From Pseudorhodoplanes sp. (GTDB lineage: Bacteria > Pseudomonadota > Alphaproteobacteria > Rhizobiales > Xanthobacteraceae): 64,000 nucleotides of DNA. Below the pieces are notes generated by a model. That model had not been told where the DNA came from and searched no databases. It worked only from the letters and a program-made list of their open reading frames with translations. The translations under genes and the position numbers were made by a program. The stretch lies in NCBI RefSeq assembly GCF_050250235.1, contig NZ_JBFWPA010000006.1, positions 4,464 through 68,463 of the forward strand. The letters are read 5' to 3'. Positions 1-9,449 of the stretch are shown here, piece after piece (positions within the stretch are counted from its first letter, which is position 1; each line of letters begins with the position of its first letter).

Positions 1-23
1 ATTTCAGCGATACCCGAATTCAT
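1..23 (-). CDS. Probable 5' end of a gene leaving the window to the left (possibly the Liv substrate-binding protein)
   Basis: Minus-strand ATG at 23 (MNSGIAE...) preceded by GAAGGAAG RBS, with operator-like boxes at 41-72. Product cannot be determined. Confidence 0.35.
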
Positions 24-40
24 CGGCTTCCTTCAGTTTT

Positions 41-72
41 TTCGCTCTGCGTACATTCTTCCGCAATGCGGA
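41..72. promoter_or_regulatory. Paired IclR-type operator boxes
   Basis: TTCGCtctGCGTA (41-53) and TCCGCaatGCGGA (60-72), 19-bp period, same layout as 5106-5137 and 6199-6230. Confidence 0.55.
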
Positions 73-134
73 AATTCTAGGTTGGTTTGGCGGGGTGTCA
101 AGCGAAAGCCTCTCGTTCGCGCTTCCCGCCTGCG

Positions 135-1109
135 TCAGAGATCGCGTCGCAGCATCCGCGACACCACGCCGACGACGCCCTCACGGAACAGCATCACGAC
201 GAGGATGAAGATGACGCCCTGAATGACCACGATCCAGGCTCCGAGATGCGCCAGATAGCTCTGCATCAGCACCATGATCAGGGCGCCCGCAATCGGACCG
301 AAGATCGTGCCCATGCCGCCGACCAGCGTCATCAGCACCACCTCGCCGGACATCGACCAATGCACGTCGGTGAGCGAAGCAAGCTGAAGCACGATCACCT
401 TGGTCGCACCGGCGAGTCCGGCAAGACCGGCCGAGATCACAAAGACCAAGAGCTTGTAGCGGTCCGTGTCATAGCCGAGCGAGATCGCACGTGCTTCGTT
501 CTCGCGGATGGATTTCAGAACCTGTCCGAACGGCGAATGCACCACGCGATAGAAGAACAGCAGCCCGCACATGAAGATGACGACGACCATGCAATAAAGG
601 GTGATATCGGACCGCAGGTCGATGACACCGAACAGCCAGCCTCGCGGCACCGCCTGTATGCCATCCTCGGCACCGGTAAAGGGCGACTGCAACGCGACGA
701 AATAGACCATCTGCGCGAGCGCCAGTGTAATCATCGCAAAGTAGATGCCCTGCCGCCGAATCGCGATCCAGCCGAATACGCCGCCGAGGAGCGTCGCCGT
801 TACGGTTCCGAGCAGGATCGCCACTTCCGGCGTGAGGCCCCATATCTTGGCGCTGTGGGCACAGACGTAGCCGGCAGCTCCGAAAAAGGCCGCATGCCCG
901 AACGACAGCAATCCGCCGAAGCCGAGCAGCAGATTGAAGGCGAGCGCGAACAGGGCGAAGCAGAGAAATTTAAGAATGAAGATCGGGTAGAAGAACAGTG
1001 GCGCGATCACCAGCAGCACCGCAAGCCCGGCCATGATCCAGCCGTGCAGCCTGCGGTCCGATCTGCCGCCGCCACGCGTCGATGTCGCGAGAGATGCAAG
1101 GGACATCAT
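135..1109 (-). CDS. Branched-chain amino acid-type ABC transporter permease (LivM family)
   Basis: LLLGFGGLLSFGHAAFFG, GIYFAMITLA, IRENEARAISLGY. Start set at the ATGA overlap with the upstream permease stop. Confidence 0.92.
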   Translation of the reverse strand: MMSLASLATSTRGGGRSDRRLHGWIMAGLAVLLVIAPLFFYPIFILKFLCFALFALAFNLLLGFGGLLSFGHAAFFGAAGYVCAHSAKIWGLTPEVAILLGTVTATLLGGVFGWIAIRRQGIYFAMITLALAQMVYFVALQSPFTGAEDGIQAVPRGWLFGVIDLRSDITLYCMVVVIFMCGLLFFYRVVHSPFGQVLKSIRENEARAISLGYDTDRYKLLVFVISAGLAGLAGATKVIVLQLASLTDVHWSMSGEVVLMTLVGGMGTIFGPIAGALIMVLMQSYLAHLGAWIVVIQGVIFILVVMLFREGVVGVVSRMLRRDL

Positions 1110-1993
1110 GCACTCCTGCCGAACAGTCCGGCGGGCCGCACCAGCAATACGATCGCCATTACAACGAAGATGACGGTTGAGGACGCTTCCGGATAGAACA
1201 CCTTGGTCAGCCCCTCGATCAGGCCGAGCGAGAAGCCCGTGATGACCGAGCCGATGATCGAGCCCATGCCGCCGATCACGACGACCGCGAACACCACGAT
1301 CATCAGGTCGATGCCCATGTTCGGATTGACCGCATACATGGGTGCGGCCAGCACGCCTGCAAAGGCCGCGAGCCAGACGCCGAAGCCGTAGGTGAATGTG
1401 ATCAGCCTCGGCACGTTGATGCCGAAGGCCTCCACCAGCGCCGGATTTTCCGTGGTCGCACGCAGATAAGCGCCGAGCTTGGTCTTCTCGATCAGCGCCC
1501 AGGTGGCGAGGCAGACCACGAGCGAAATACAGATGACCCAGACCCGGTAACTCGGCAGGAACATGATTCCGAGATCGGTTCCGCCCGAAAGCGCCGACGG
1601 CACCGGATAGGGCAATCCGGCCGACCCGTAATAATTGCGGAACAATCCGGTTATGACGAGGCCGATGCCGAAAGTCAGCAGCAGACCATACAGGTGATCG
1701 AGGTGATACAACCGCGAAATCAGTACCCGCTCGAGTGCGACGCCGATCAGCGCCACGATCACAGGCCCGATCGCCAGCGCCCACCAGTAATTCAGACCGA
1801 GATAGTTCAGCAACATCCATGCGGCGAAGGCGCCCATCATGTACTGGGCGCCATGCGTGAAGTTGATGATGTTCAGAAGTCCGAAGATGATCGCCAGGCC
1901 AAGACTCAGAATCGCATAAAAAGAGCCGTTGATCAGCCCGATCAGCAACTGGCCAAACAATGCATAGGCAGAAATGCCGAGCCATTCAAACAT
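1106..1993 (-). CDS. Branched-chain amino acid-type ABC transporter permease (LivH family)
   Basis: GLAIIFGLLNIINFTHG, FAVVVIGGMGS, LLVRPAGLFG. Confidence 0.93.
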   Translation of the reverse strand: MFEWLGISAYALFGQLLIGLINGSFYAILSLGLAIIFGLLNIINFTHGAQYMMGAFAAWMLLNYLGLNYWWALAIGPVIVALIGVALERVLISRLYHLDHLYGLLLTFGIGLVITGLFRNYYGSAGLPYPVPSALSGGTDLGIMFLPSYRVWVICISLVVCLATWALIEKTKLGAYLRATTENPALVEAFGINVPRLITFTYGFGVWLAAFAGVLAAPMYAVNPNMGIDLMIVVFAVVVIGGMGSIIGSVITGFSLGLIEGLTKVFYPEASSTVIFVVMAIVLLVRPAGLFGRSA

Positions 1994-2039
1994 ATGGGAC
2001 GATCCGAATTTCGCCGCGGTGATCCAAGGGGTGCCTCGC

Positions 2040-2789
2040 TCAGGCGCTCAGATAGGCTTGCAGTTTTTCGGTCTTCGACTCGACCTCGCTTCTGGTGATC
2101 ATGTCGACGATGCGTCCCTGATCCATCACGTAATGCCGGTCGGCGAAATTCCGCGCAAACACGAAGTTTTGCTCGACGAGCAGCATGGTGAAGCCCTGTT
2201 CCTTCAATCGCGAGATCAGATTGCCGATCTGGTCCACAATCACCGGCGCGAGACCTTCGGTCGGCTCGTCCAGCAGAAGAAACCGCGCGCCGGTGCGCAG
2301 AATGCGCGCCACCGCGAGCATTTGCTGCTCACCGCCCGAGAGCTTGGTGCCCTGGCTGCCCCGCCTCGCGTGAAGATTGGGAAACAGTTCGTAGATCTGA
2401 TCGACCGTCATGCCGCCGGGCTGGACCGCCGGCGGCAGCATCAGGTTTTCCTCCACACTGAGGCTCGCGAAGATGCCGCGCTCCTCCGGCACGTAGCCGA
2501 CGCCTTTCCAGGCGATGGCGCGCGAAGGCAATTCGATCAGTTCCTCGCCCTGCAGGCGGATCGAACCGCTGCGGGCCCGGACGATGCCGATGATGGATTT
2601 CAGCGTGGTGGTCTTGCCTGCGCCGTTGCGCCCGAGCAGGGTGACGACTTCGCCCTTGCGAACATCGAAATCGATGCCGTGCAAGATATGCGACTCGCCG
2701 TACCAGGCATTGAGCTGCTCGACCCGCAGCAGCGTATCGCCGTCCGCCGCTCGCGGCGGCTTCATGTCCTGGACGGTCCGGCTAGTCAC
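2040..2789 (-). CDS. ABC transporter ATP-binding protein (LivF family)
   Basis: Walker A GRNGAGKT, LSGGEQQM signature, LLLDEPTEGLAP. Confidence 0.93.
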   Translation of the reverse strand: MTSRTVQDMKPPRAADGDTLLRVEQLNAWYGESHILHGIDFDVRKGEVVTLLGRNGAGKTTTLKSIIGIVRARSGSIRLQGEELIELPSRAIAWKGVGYVPEERGIFASLSVEENLMLPPAVQPGGMTVDQIYELFPNLHARRGSQGTKLSGGEQQMLAVARILRTGARFLLLDEPTEGLAPVIVDQIGNLISRLKEQGFTMLLVEQNFVFARNFADRHYVMDQGRIVDMITRSEVESKTEKLQAYLSA

Positions 2790-3537
2790 GTTTCGCCCCG
2801 ATATAGGCCGCGATCACCTGCGGATTTTTCGCAATCGACTCGTAGTCGCCCTCGGCCAATACCGAGCCCGCAGACAGGACGGTGACAACATTGGCAAGGG
2901 CGGACACGACGCCGAGATTGTGCTCCACCATGACGATCGTCCGTCGCTCCGATACGCGACGAATGAGCGCTACCATGCGCTCGATATCGGCACTGGCCAT
3001 TCCCGCGGTCGGCTCGTCGAGAAGCATCAAGCGCGGATCGAGAGCAAGCGTGGTGGCAAGCTCCAGCGCACGCTTTTGTCCGTAAGGCAATTGTGCAGCC
3101 ATGATCTCGGCACGGTCGGCAAGTCCGACGGCATCCAGCAAGGCACGGGCTTCGCCATCGAGACGATCGAGAACCCGGTCCGAGCGCCAGAAATCGAATG
3201 AGTCTCCGCTCTTCCGCTGCAAGGCGACGCGGACATTTTCAAGCGCGGTCAAGTGCGGGAAAACGGCGGAGATTTGGAAGGACCGGACGACGCCACGCCG
3301 CGAAATTTCGGCCGGGCGCAGGCCGGTGATGTTGTCGCCGTTGTAGAAGATCGAGCCAGAGGTCGGCACCAGAAACTTGGTAAGCAAATTGAAGAAGGTG
3401 GTCTTGCCGGCGCCGTTCGGACCGATCAGGGCATGGATCGTCCCTTCCCGCACCTGCAGGCTCACATCCTTGACCGCCACAAAGCCCTTGAATTCCTTCG
3501 TCAGACCTTGCGTGCTCAGCAGGTATCGTGCGGTCAT
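2782..3537 (-). CDS. ABC transporter ATP-binding protein (LivG family)
   Basis: GPNGAGKT, LPYGQKR, LLDEPTAG, VEHN. Start MTARYLL overlaps the upstream stop. Confidence 0.92.
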   Translation of the reverse strand: MTARYLLSTQGLTKEFKGFVAVKDVSLQVREGTIHALIGPNGAGKTTFFNLLTKFLVPTSGSIFYNGDNITGLRPAEISRRGVVRSFQISAVFPHLTALENVRVALQRKSGDSFDFWRSDRVLDRLDGEARALLDAVGLADRAEIMAAQLPYGQKRALELATTLALDPRLMLLDEPTAGMASADIERMVALIRRVSERRTIVMVEHNLGVVSALANVVTVLSAGSVLAEGDYESIAKNPQVIAAYIGAKRD

Positions 3538-5063
3538 CGACTGATCGCCGAAACCCGGTGCGGCTTCGCCTTGCCGCGACCCTGTGCAAATTCTGCGGCC
3601 GCCGCGCCTGCAATCTTGCCCATCACCGACCCGGATGTCAGCCCGGTACCGCTCGGGTAGTTGAAGTAGAACATTCCGCCGACCAGTTCTCCCGCAGCAA
3701 ACAGACCGGGAATCGGAGCCAGGTCGGTATCGATCACCTGAGCGGTCTCGTGCGACGTGCGCAGCCCGCCGAAAGTGAAGGTGATCCCGCACCCGACCTG
3801 ATAGGCCTCGTATGGCGGCTCGTCGATCGTGTTTGCCCAGTTCGATTTCGGCAGCGCCAGGCCCTCGGTGCACCTGCCATCCTTCACCGTGGTCTGGAAC
3901 GGAATATCGGTCCGGACCGCAGCGTTAAATTTCTTCACCTCGTCCAGGAAATTCGCCTTGTTGACGCCCTCGAGCTTGTCCGCGAGTTCCTCGAGCGTGT
4001 TCGCGGACACCTTGCTTACGCGCTTGATGCGATATTCATCGCGAAGCAGATGCAGAACTTTCGAATCGAACACCTGCCAGGCGAACTGGTCCGGCTGGTT
4101 GAGAATCACGCGACCATATTTCGCGTAAGTGTAGTTGCGGATATCGGCGCCCTCGTCGACGAACCGCCGGCCGTCGGCATTGATCATGATGCTGAAGGGA
4201 TACGAATGCTTCTGGAAGCTGTCGCCGACGGTAAGGTCGCCGAATTCCGGCGCGTTGAAGTCCCAGCCCACCGCGTGACAGCCCGACCAGTTGCCATGGG
4301 GCGAGGCTCCGATATCAAGCGCCATGCGGATTCCGTCGCCGGTATTGAACCGCGTGCCACGAACCTTGGCCAGTTCCCAGCCCGGTCCCAGATAGCGTGT
4401 GCGCCATTCCGCATTCGACTCGAAGCCGCCGCAGGCCAGGATTACCGCATGTGCGCGCAATTCCTCGATGGTATCGCCCATTTTGACGCGCACGCCGGTG
4501 ACGGAATGCCCATCATAAAGCAGTTCGACGACGCGCGCGTTGTAACGGATATCGATCCCGAGCTTGCGGGCGATCGCAGTTTCCTGATCGACCAGCCCCG
4601 GGCCGCCGCCCCAGGATTCGACCGTGACACCCCCCCAGAATTTCATCTTGTCGCCGACCTTGAACGATTGCCGGCCGTAGATCGGGACGAAGCGGACGCC
4701 CTTCGCCTGCATCCACAGCGCAGTCTCCAGCGATTTCGTCACGAGCTGCTCGCAAAGTCCGGGATCGGTGCGGTAGCGCGTCACCCGGAACATGTCGTCG
4801 AAAAACTGGTCTGCCGTGTAGGCACCGAAATCGGTCGAGTTGATTTCGGACTCGGTCAGGTCCGGCATGAGATTCTTCAGGTCATCGACGCCGTTGTAGA
4901 CAATCCGCATCCCGCCTGCGGTGAAGCGCGAATTGCCGCCGTTTTCCTCCAGCGGAGCGCGTTCGAGGACGACGACGTCGGCTCCGGCTTCCGCCGCGGC
5001 CATTGCGGCGCAGAACGCCGCATTCCCTGCGCCAACGACAACGACGTCCGTTTGGCCCGCCAT
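3534..5063 (-). CDS. FAD-dependent oxidoreductase, tricarballylate dehydrogenase TcuA/CobZ-like
   Basis: DVVVVGAGNAA Rossmann motif, GGNSRFTAG, LACGGFESN, RFVDEG, ITFTFGGL, GLFAAGE, NYPSGTGL. Confidence 0.8.
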   Translation of the reverse strand: MAGQTDVVVVGAGNAAFCAAMAAAEAGADVVVLERAPLEENGGNSRFTAGGMRIVYNGVDDLKNLMPDLTESEINSTDFGAYTADQFFDDMFRVTRYRTDPGLCEQLVTKSLETALWMQAKGVRFVPIYGRQSFKVGDKMKFWGGVTVESWGGGPGLVDQETAIARKLGIDIRYNARVVELLYDGHSVTGVRVKMGDTIEELRAHAVILACGGFESNAEWRTRYLGPGWELAKVRGTRFNTGDGIRMALDIGASPHGNWSGCHAVGWDFNAPEFGDLTVGDSFQKHSYPFSIMINADGRRFVDEGADIRNYTYAKYGRVILNQPDQFAWQVFDSKVLHLLRDEYRIKRVSKVSANTLEELADKLEGVNKANFLDEVKKFNAAVRTDIPFQTTVKDGRCTEGLALPKSNWANTIDEPPYEAYQVGCGITFTFGGLRTSHETAQVIDTDLAPIPGLFAAGELVGGMFYFNYPSGTGLTSGSVMGKIAGAAAAEFAQGRGKAKPHRVSAISR

Positions 5064-5105
5064 GAAAACAACCTCCCGATCCCAGGCTTCCGCCGGCCGC
5101 CCTTT

Positions 5106-5137
5106 TTTGCACAGCGAAGTTTTTTTTGCATATCGAA
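5106..5137. promoter_or_regulatory. Paired IclR-type operator boxes in the divergent tcuA-like/IclR promoter
   Basis: TTTGCacaGCGAA (5106-5118) and TTTGCataTCGAA (5125-5137), 19-bp period, in an AT-rich spacer. Confidence 0.6.
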
Positions 5138-5251
5138 TATTTCTTGTTTATGGATGGGCGTCAAGATGGCGGGCGCTTTACGTTGTCGCATCGCGCCCTC
5201 GCGTGCCGGATGATCACCCCACGGGTATTCATTGCTGTTGTCGAGGACCAC

Positions 5252-6052
5252 ATGAAAGAGGATCGGGAATTTGTCACGTCGCTGGCACGCGGCCTCTCGG
5301 TCATTCAGGCCTTCGATCGCGACAACGCCGAACTGACTCTCACCGAAATCGCAAACCGCACGCGGCTTAGCCCGGCCACCGCGCGTCGGTTTCTGTGGAC
5401 GCTCCAGAAGCTCGGCTATGTGGGCGCAAACGGCCGCGTCTTCTTCCTTCAGCCGAAGGTCGTCTCGCTCGGCTCCGCCTTTCTGGCGTCTGCGCGCGTT
5501 GACGAAATCATTCAGCCGATCCTGCGCGAGATCGTCGAACACGCCGGCACCAGCGCCTCGCTTGCGGTGGCGGACGGTGACAATGTTCTGATCGTGGCGA
5601 ACTTCTCGCTGAAGCGGATGACGCGGCTTACCGCTGGCGCCGGCACCCGCTATCCGATCCACATATCGTCCATGGGGCGTGTGATACTGGCCGACCTGCC
5701 CGACCAGCAGCTCGACAAGATCGTCAGGCAAACGACTTTCAAGGCATTCACCAAGTGGACGGTGACCGACGCCGATGAACTCTGGAAGCGGCTCAGGGAG
5801 GTTCGTCGCGACGGATTTTGCGTAACGCAGGATGAACTGGAGGAAGGCCTCGATGCGGTTGCGGTGCCCGTGCGCATCGGCGGTGGCCGTGCGATCGCAG
5901 CCTTGAACTGCACCGCCTATTCGCGCCAGCAGGACAAACGCAAGCTGGTCAAGTCCGGATTGCAGCCGCTGCTGAACGCTGCCGAAAAGGTCAAGGAGGC
6001 TGTGCAGCAATTTCCGACACTGGCACACATCTTCGCGCAGCCGACGCCCTAG
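5252..6052 (+). CDS. IclR-family transcriptional regulator (PcaR/PobR-like)
   Basis: EFVTSLARGLSVI, ATARRFLWTL, SSMGRVILA, DELEEGL. GAGGA RBS before ATG 5252. Confidence 0.9.
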   Translation: MKEDREFVTSLARGLSVIQAFDRDNAELTLTEIANRTRLSPATARRFLWTLQKLGYVGANGRVFFLQPKVVSLGSAFLASARVDEIIQPILREIVEHAGTSASLAVADGDNVLIVANFSLKRMTRLTAGAGTRYPIHISSMGRVILADLPDQQLDKIVRQTTFKAFTKWTVTDADELWKRLREVRRDGFCVTQDELEEGLDAVAVPVRIGGGRAIAALNCTAYSRQQDKRKLVKSGLQPLLNAAEKVKEAVQQFPTLAHIFAQPTP

Positions 6053-6198
6053 TGGAGCGGATCTTACATTCGCTGCGCACCAAACCGCGGGTTCGCAAAG
6101 CGAATGTCAAATCCAAAGCTCCCAGCGTCACCGCGGGGGTACTGCGGCGCGAAGCGGCGCTTTGCACTTGAACCGGGGGCGCAGTCCGATTTAGATAT

Positions 6199-6230
6199 TT
6201 CGTATAGCGATCTATTTTTCGCACAGCGAA
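6199..6230. promoter_or_regulatory. Paired IclR-type operator boxes upstream of the ALDH gene
   Basis: TTCGTataGCGAT (6199-6211) and perfect TTCGCacaGCGAA (6218-6230), 19-bp period. An extra TTCGCaaaGCGAA lies at 6092-6104. Confidence 0.62.
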
Positions 6231-6251
6231 GTTACTGTCTGGGAGGTCGCC

Positions 6252-7682
6252 GTGGATTATCCGAGCATTCGCCTGTTCATCGACGGCAAGTGGATCGAGC
6301 AGGCCGGCGATCCGGTCGTGGACCCGGCGACCGAAGAGGTCATCGGCGAGGTGCCGCGCGCGACCTTGCCACAGCTCGATGAAGCAGTTGCGGCCGCCGA
6401 ACGCGGCTTCAGGATCTGGCGCACAATGTCTCCCGCGAAACGCGGCGATATCATCCGCAATGCGGCCAACCTGCTGCGCCAGCGCGCCAGGGAGATCGCG
6501 CAGGTCATCACGCTGGAACAGGGCAAGCCGCTCGCCGACGCCGAGAACGAAGTATTGCGCGGGTCCGAACTCATCGCCTGGGATGCCGAAGAAGGCCGCC
6601 GCACCTTCGGCCGGGTGATCCCGAGCGAGCCGGCGTTTCATCAAATGGTGGTGCGTGAGCCGATCGGCCCCGTCGCCGCCTTCACTCCCTGGAGCGCGCC
6701 GACCAGTTCCGCCGGCCGCAAGCTCGGCGGAGCACTCGCGGCCGGTTGCTCGGTGGTGTTGAAGGCATCCGAGGAAACGCCGGCCGGGGCCTGCGCGCTG
6801 GTGAAGTGCTTCGAAGATGCGGGTCTGCCGGCCGGCGTCGTCAATCTGGTGTTCGGAAATCCGGACGAAATCTCGCGCCATCTGATCGCCGCACCTGCGA
6901 TACGGCTTCTGACCTTTACCGGCTCGGTGCCGGTCGGCATCCACCTTGCAAAGCTCGCCGCCGCGGTCATGAAGCCGACGGTCATGGAACTCGGAGGACA
7001 TTCGCCTGCCATCGTGTGCAAGGATGCCGACCCCAAGGCCGCCGCCAAGCTCTCCGCCAGCGCAAAATTCCGCAACGCAGGCCAGGTCTGTATTTCCCCA
7101 ACACGCTTTCTGGTGCACGATTCGCTGTTCGATGACTTTGCCGACGAATTCGTGGCGCGCACATCGGCGATCAAGGTCGGAAACGGTTTCGACCCCGCAA
7201 CGCAGATGGGACCGCTGGCCAATGGCCGCCGGCTCGCCGCGATGGAGGAATTTGTCGGCGATGCGGTCCGAAATGGTGGCAAGGTCCGCGTCGGCGGCGA
7301 GAGGATCGGCAATCGCGGATATTTCTTCCAGCCGACGGTGCTGACCGATGTTCCGAAGCATTGCTCGGTCATGAACGTCGAGCCGTTCGGGCCGCTCGCC
7401 TTGCTGATGCGCTTCCACGATCTGCCTGAGGCCGTCGAGGAAGCCAACCGCCTCTCCTACGGCCTTGCGGCCTATGCGCTGACCAACGATTCAAGTGCGG
7501 CGGCGCAATTGTCCTCGCAGATCGGGGTCGGCCATTTCGCCGTCAACCATTTCGGCGGCGGCATTCCCGAAAGCCCCTTCGGCGGTGTCAAGCAGAGCGG
7601 GCTTGGCCGTGAGGGCGGCAGCGAGGGTCTGGAGGGCTACCAAACCGTGAAATACATCAGTCAGCATATCGCCCGTCCGTAA
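6252..7682 (+). CDS. NAD(P)-dependent aldehyde dehydrogenase (SSADH/alpha-KGSA dehydrogenase-like)
   Basis: FTGSVPVG, MELGGH, FRNAGQVC (catalytic Cys), EPFGP, PFGGVKQSG. GGAGG RBS before GTG. Confidence 0.92.
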   Translation: MDYPSIRLFIDGKWIEQAGDPVVDPATEEVIGEVPRATLPQLDEAVAAAERGFRIWRTMSPAKRGDIIRNAANLLRQRAREIAQVITLEQGKPLADAENEVLRGSELIAWDAEEGRRTFGRVIPSEPAFHQMVVREPIGPVAAFTPWSAPTSSAGRKLGGALAAGCSVVLKASEETPAGACALVKCFEDAGLPAGVVNLVFGNPDEISRHLIAAPAIRLLTFTGSVPVGIHLAKLAAAVMKPTVMELGGHSPAIVCKDADPKAAAKLSASAKFRNAGQVCISPTRFLVHDSLFDDFADEFVARTSAIKVGNGFDPATQMGPLANGRRLAAMEEFVGDAVRNGGKVRVGGERIGNRGYFFQPTVLTDVPKHCSVMNVEPFGPLALLMRFHDLPEAVEEANRLSYGLAAYALTNDSSAAAQLSSQIGVGHFAVNHFGGGIPESPFGGVKQSGLGREGGSEGLEGYQTVKYISQHIARP

Positions 7683-7893
7683 TTTTCATCCGGTTTCGCC
7701 GCCTGCGACGTGCGGCACAGGTGCCGTCCCGGATCTATCGCTTCCTCATTTTGGCCGCCGCCTGATGGGGCGTTGCAGACGCGAGAAAAATCAAGGGCGC
7801 ATCCGACCGAAGACGAAACGGCGCGCCGCCCGTTGCGGCACCAGCAAGACAAGCGGTCGCAAGCGCCATGAAGTGGAAGTCGGACAGTCAGCC

Positions 7894-8676
7894 TTAAGGA
7901 CGGGGCTGGTCCCGCCATTTCAAGAGTCGTGATTCAGCCGCGGAGAGCAACTGATTGCTGACGTAGCCAATCAGGCCCAGCAGAACGACCCCGGCGTATA
8001 GATCCGCGGACTGGAATGACCGCGCCGCGAGCAGGATCGCCTGGCCGAGACCCGGCCGGCTTGCCAGCATTTCTCCAACCACAGCAAGGATCAGCGCAAT
8101 CGTCAGTCCTACCCGCATGCCGGCGAGGATATCAGGCATCGCGCTCGGCAGAGCGATTTTCCAGATCACGTCGCGGCGCGGCAGCCCGAGCGCACGGCTG
8201 ACCTGATAGAGACGCGGCTCGACCGCCGCGAATCCATGCACAGTCGCCAGCAGCATCGGCCACAGCGCTCCGAAGGCGATCACGGCAAGCACCATTGCAT
8301 TGGTCAGGCCGAACAGCGCGATCGCAACCGGCATCATGGCAGACGCCGGCAAGGGACGCAGAAATTCGAGCGTCGGCTCCACATAGACGCGCGCCGCCTG
8401 CGACACGCCGACCGCGGCGCCGAGCACGATCCCGACCAGGGACGCCAGCAGCCAGCCATAGATCATGCGTTCGATGGTGGCGGCGGTCTTCGCCAGCAGA
8501 TCGCCCTCTGTCAGCCCGTAGACCAGCGCGTCCCAGGTGCGTTCCGGTCCGGGAAGAAACACGGGTGATACGAGGCGCGCGCGCGCGACAACATACCAGA
8601 GCAGAATAAACAGCAGACTGACTCCGAAGCTCGCCAGCAGCCAGCCGATACGGTTGAGTTGCGGCAGTGCGGTCAT
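7894..8676 (-). CDS. ABC transporter permease (TauC/SsuC family)
   Basis: EFLRPLPA, IALPSAMPDILAGMR, AVVGEM, GLG. Confidence 0.9.
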   Translation of the reverse strand: MTALPQLNRIGWLLASFGVSLLFILLWYVVARARLVSPVFLPGPERTWDALVYGLTEGDLLAKTAATIERMIYGWLLASLVGIVLGAAVGVSQAARVYVEPTLEFLRPLPASAMMPVAIALFGLTNAMVLAVIAFGALWPMLLATVHGFAAVEPRLYQVSRALGLPRRDVIWKIALPSAMPDILAGMRVGLTIALILAVVGEMLASRPGLGQAILLAARSFQSADLYAGVVLLGLIGYVSNQLLSAAESRLLKWRDQPRP

Positions 8677-9449
8677 GCCTCGATCCGCACCATCGCCGCC
8701 GGGCCGAACAGGCGCCGCTGCGACCACCCCCGCACATGATTCATCGCCCAGCCCCCGATCCCGAGCCAGACCAGCAAGGCGAGCATCAGTTCGGGACGAA
8801 GCGTCTGCTGCGCCAGCATCATGTTGTAGCCGAGGCCGAGCGGATTGGCGGCGATCTCGACCGTCACGGCAACGATCAGCGCGATCCCGGCGGCGAGCCG
8901 GAAGGCCACGAATATGCGCGGCAACGCCGCCGGCAATATGATTTTTCCGACGCGTGCCGGCAGGCCGAAGCCGAGCGCCCGCGCAACCTGGATCAGACGG
9001 GGCTCAACCCCGGCCACGGCTGCCCGCGTCAGAATCAGCACCGGCCAGAATGCCGCGAAGGCGACGATCGCGATCTCCATGCGATATCCGAAACCGAAAA
9101 TCAGAAGTGCGATCGGAATCAAGGCCACCGCCGGAACCGGGCGAAGCGCCTCGATGGACAATTCCAGGAGCCGGTCCGCGGTTCGTACGAGCCCGAGCAG
9201 GATGCCGGCCAGCAACCCGAGAGCGCCGCCGATGCCAAGCCCCGAAAGCGACGTCGCGAGCGTCTGGTATGTTGCGGTCACGAGCGTGCCGTCGGTCAGC
9301 GCGGTCCAGAACGCCGCAGCGATCACCGAAGGCGCAGCCAGCATCGAGCTTTCCCATCCCGTCGCACGCACTGCGACCTCGGCGGCAACGACAAGCCCGA
9401 TGGGGATGACGAGCCCCCGCCAGTCGAAGCGCGGTGCGTTTCCGCTCAA
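8673..9449 (-). CDS. ABC transporter permease (TauC/SsuC family)
   Basis: EALRPVPAVALIP, ILPAALPRIF, AVTVEI, GLGY. Confidence 0.9.
   Translation of the reverse strand: MSGNAPRFDWRGLVIPIGLVVAAEVAVRATGWESSMLAAPSVIAAAFWTALTDGTLVTATYQTLATSLSGLGIGGALGLLAGILLGLVRTADRLLELSIEALRPVPAVALIPIALLIFGFGYRMEIAIVAFAAFWPVLILTRAAVAGVEPRLIQVARALGFGLPARVGKIILPAALPRIFVAFRLAAGIALIVAVTVEIAANPLGLGYNMMLAQQTLRPELMLALLVWLGIGGWAMNHVRGWSQRRLFGPAAMVRIEA

Noticed and set aside
135-1985. 616-aa permease, and other N-terminally extended ORF calls (25485-28094, 43412-45328, 54976-56643)
   Set aside because: The extensions are out-of-frame read-through of the upstream gene. True starts lie at overlapping stop/start junctions or RBS sites.
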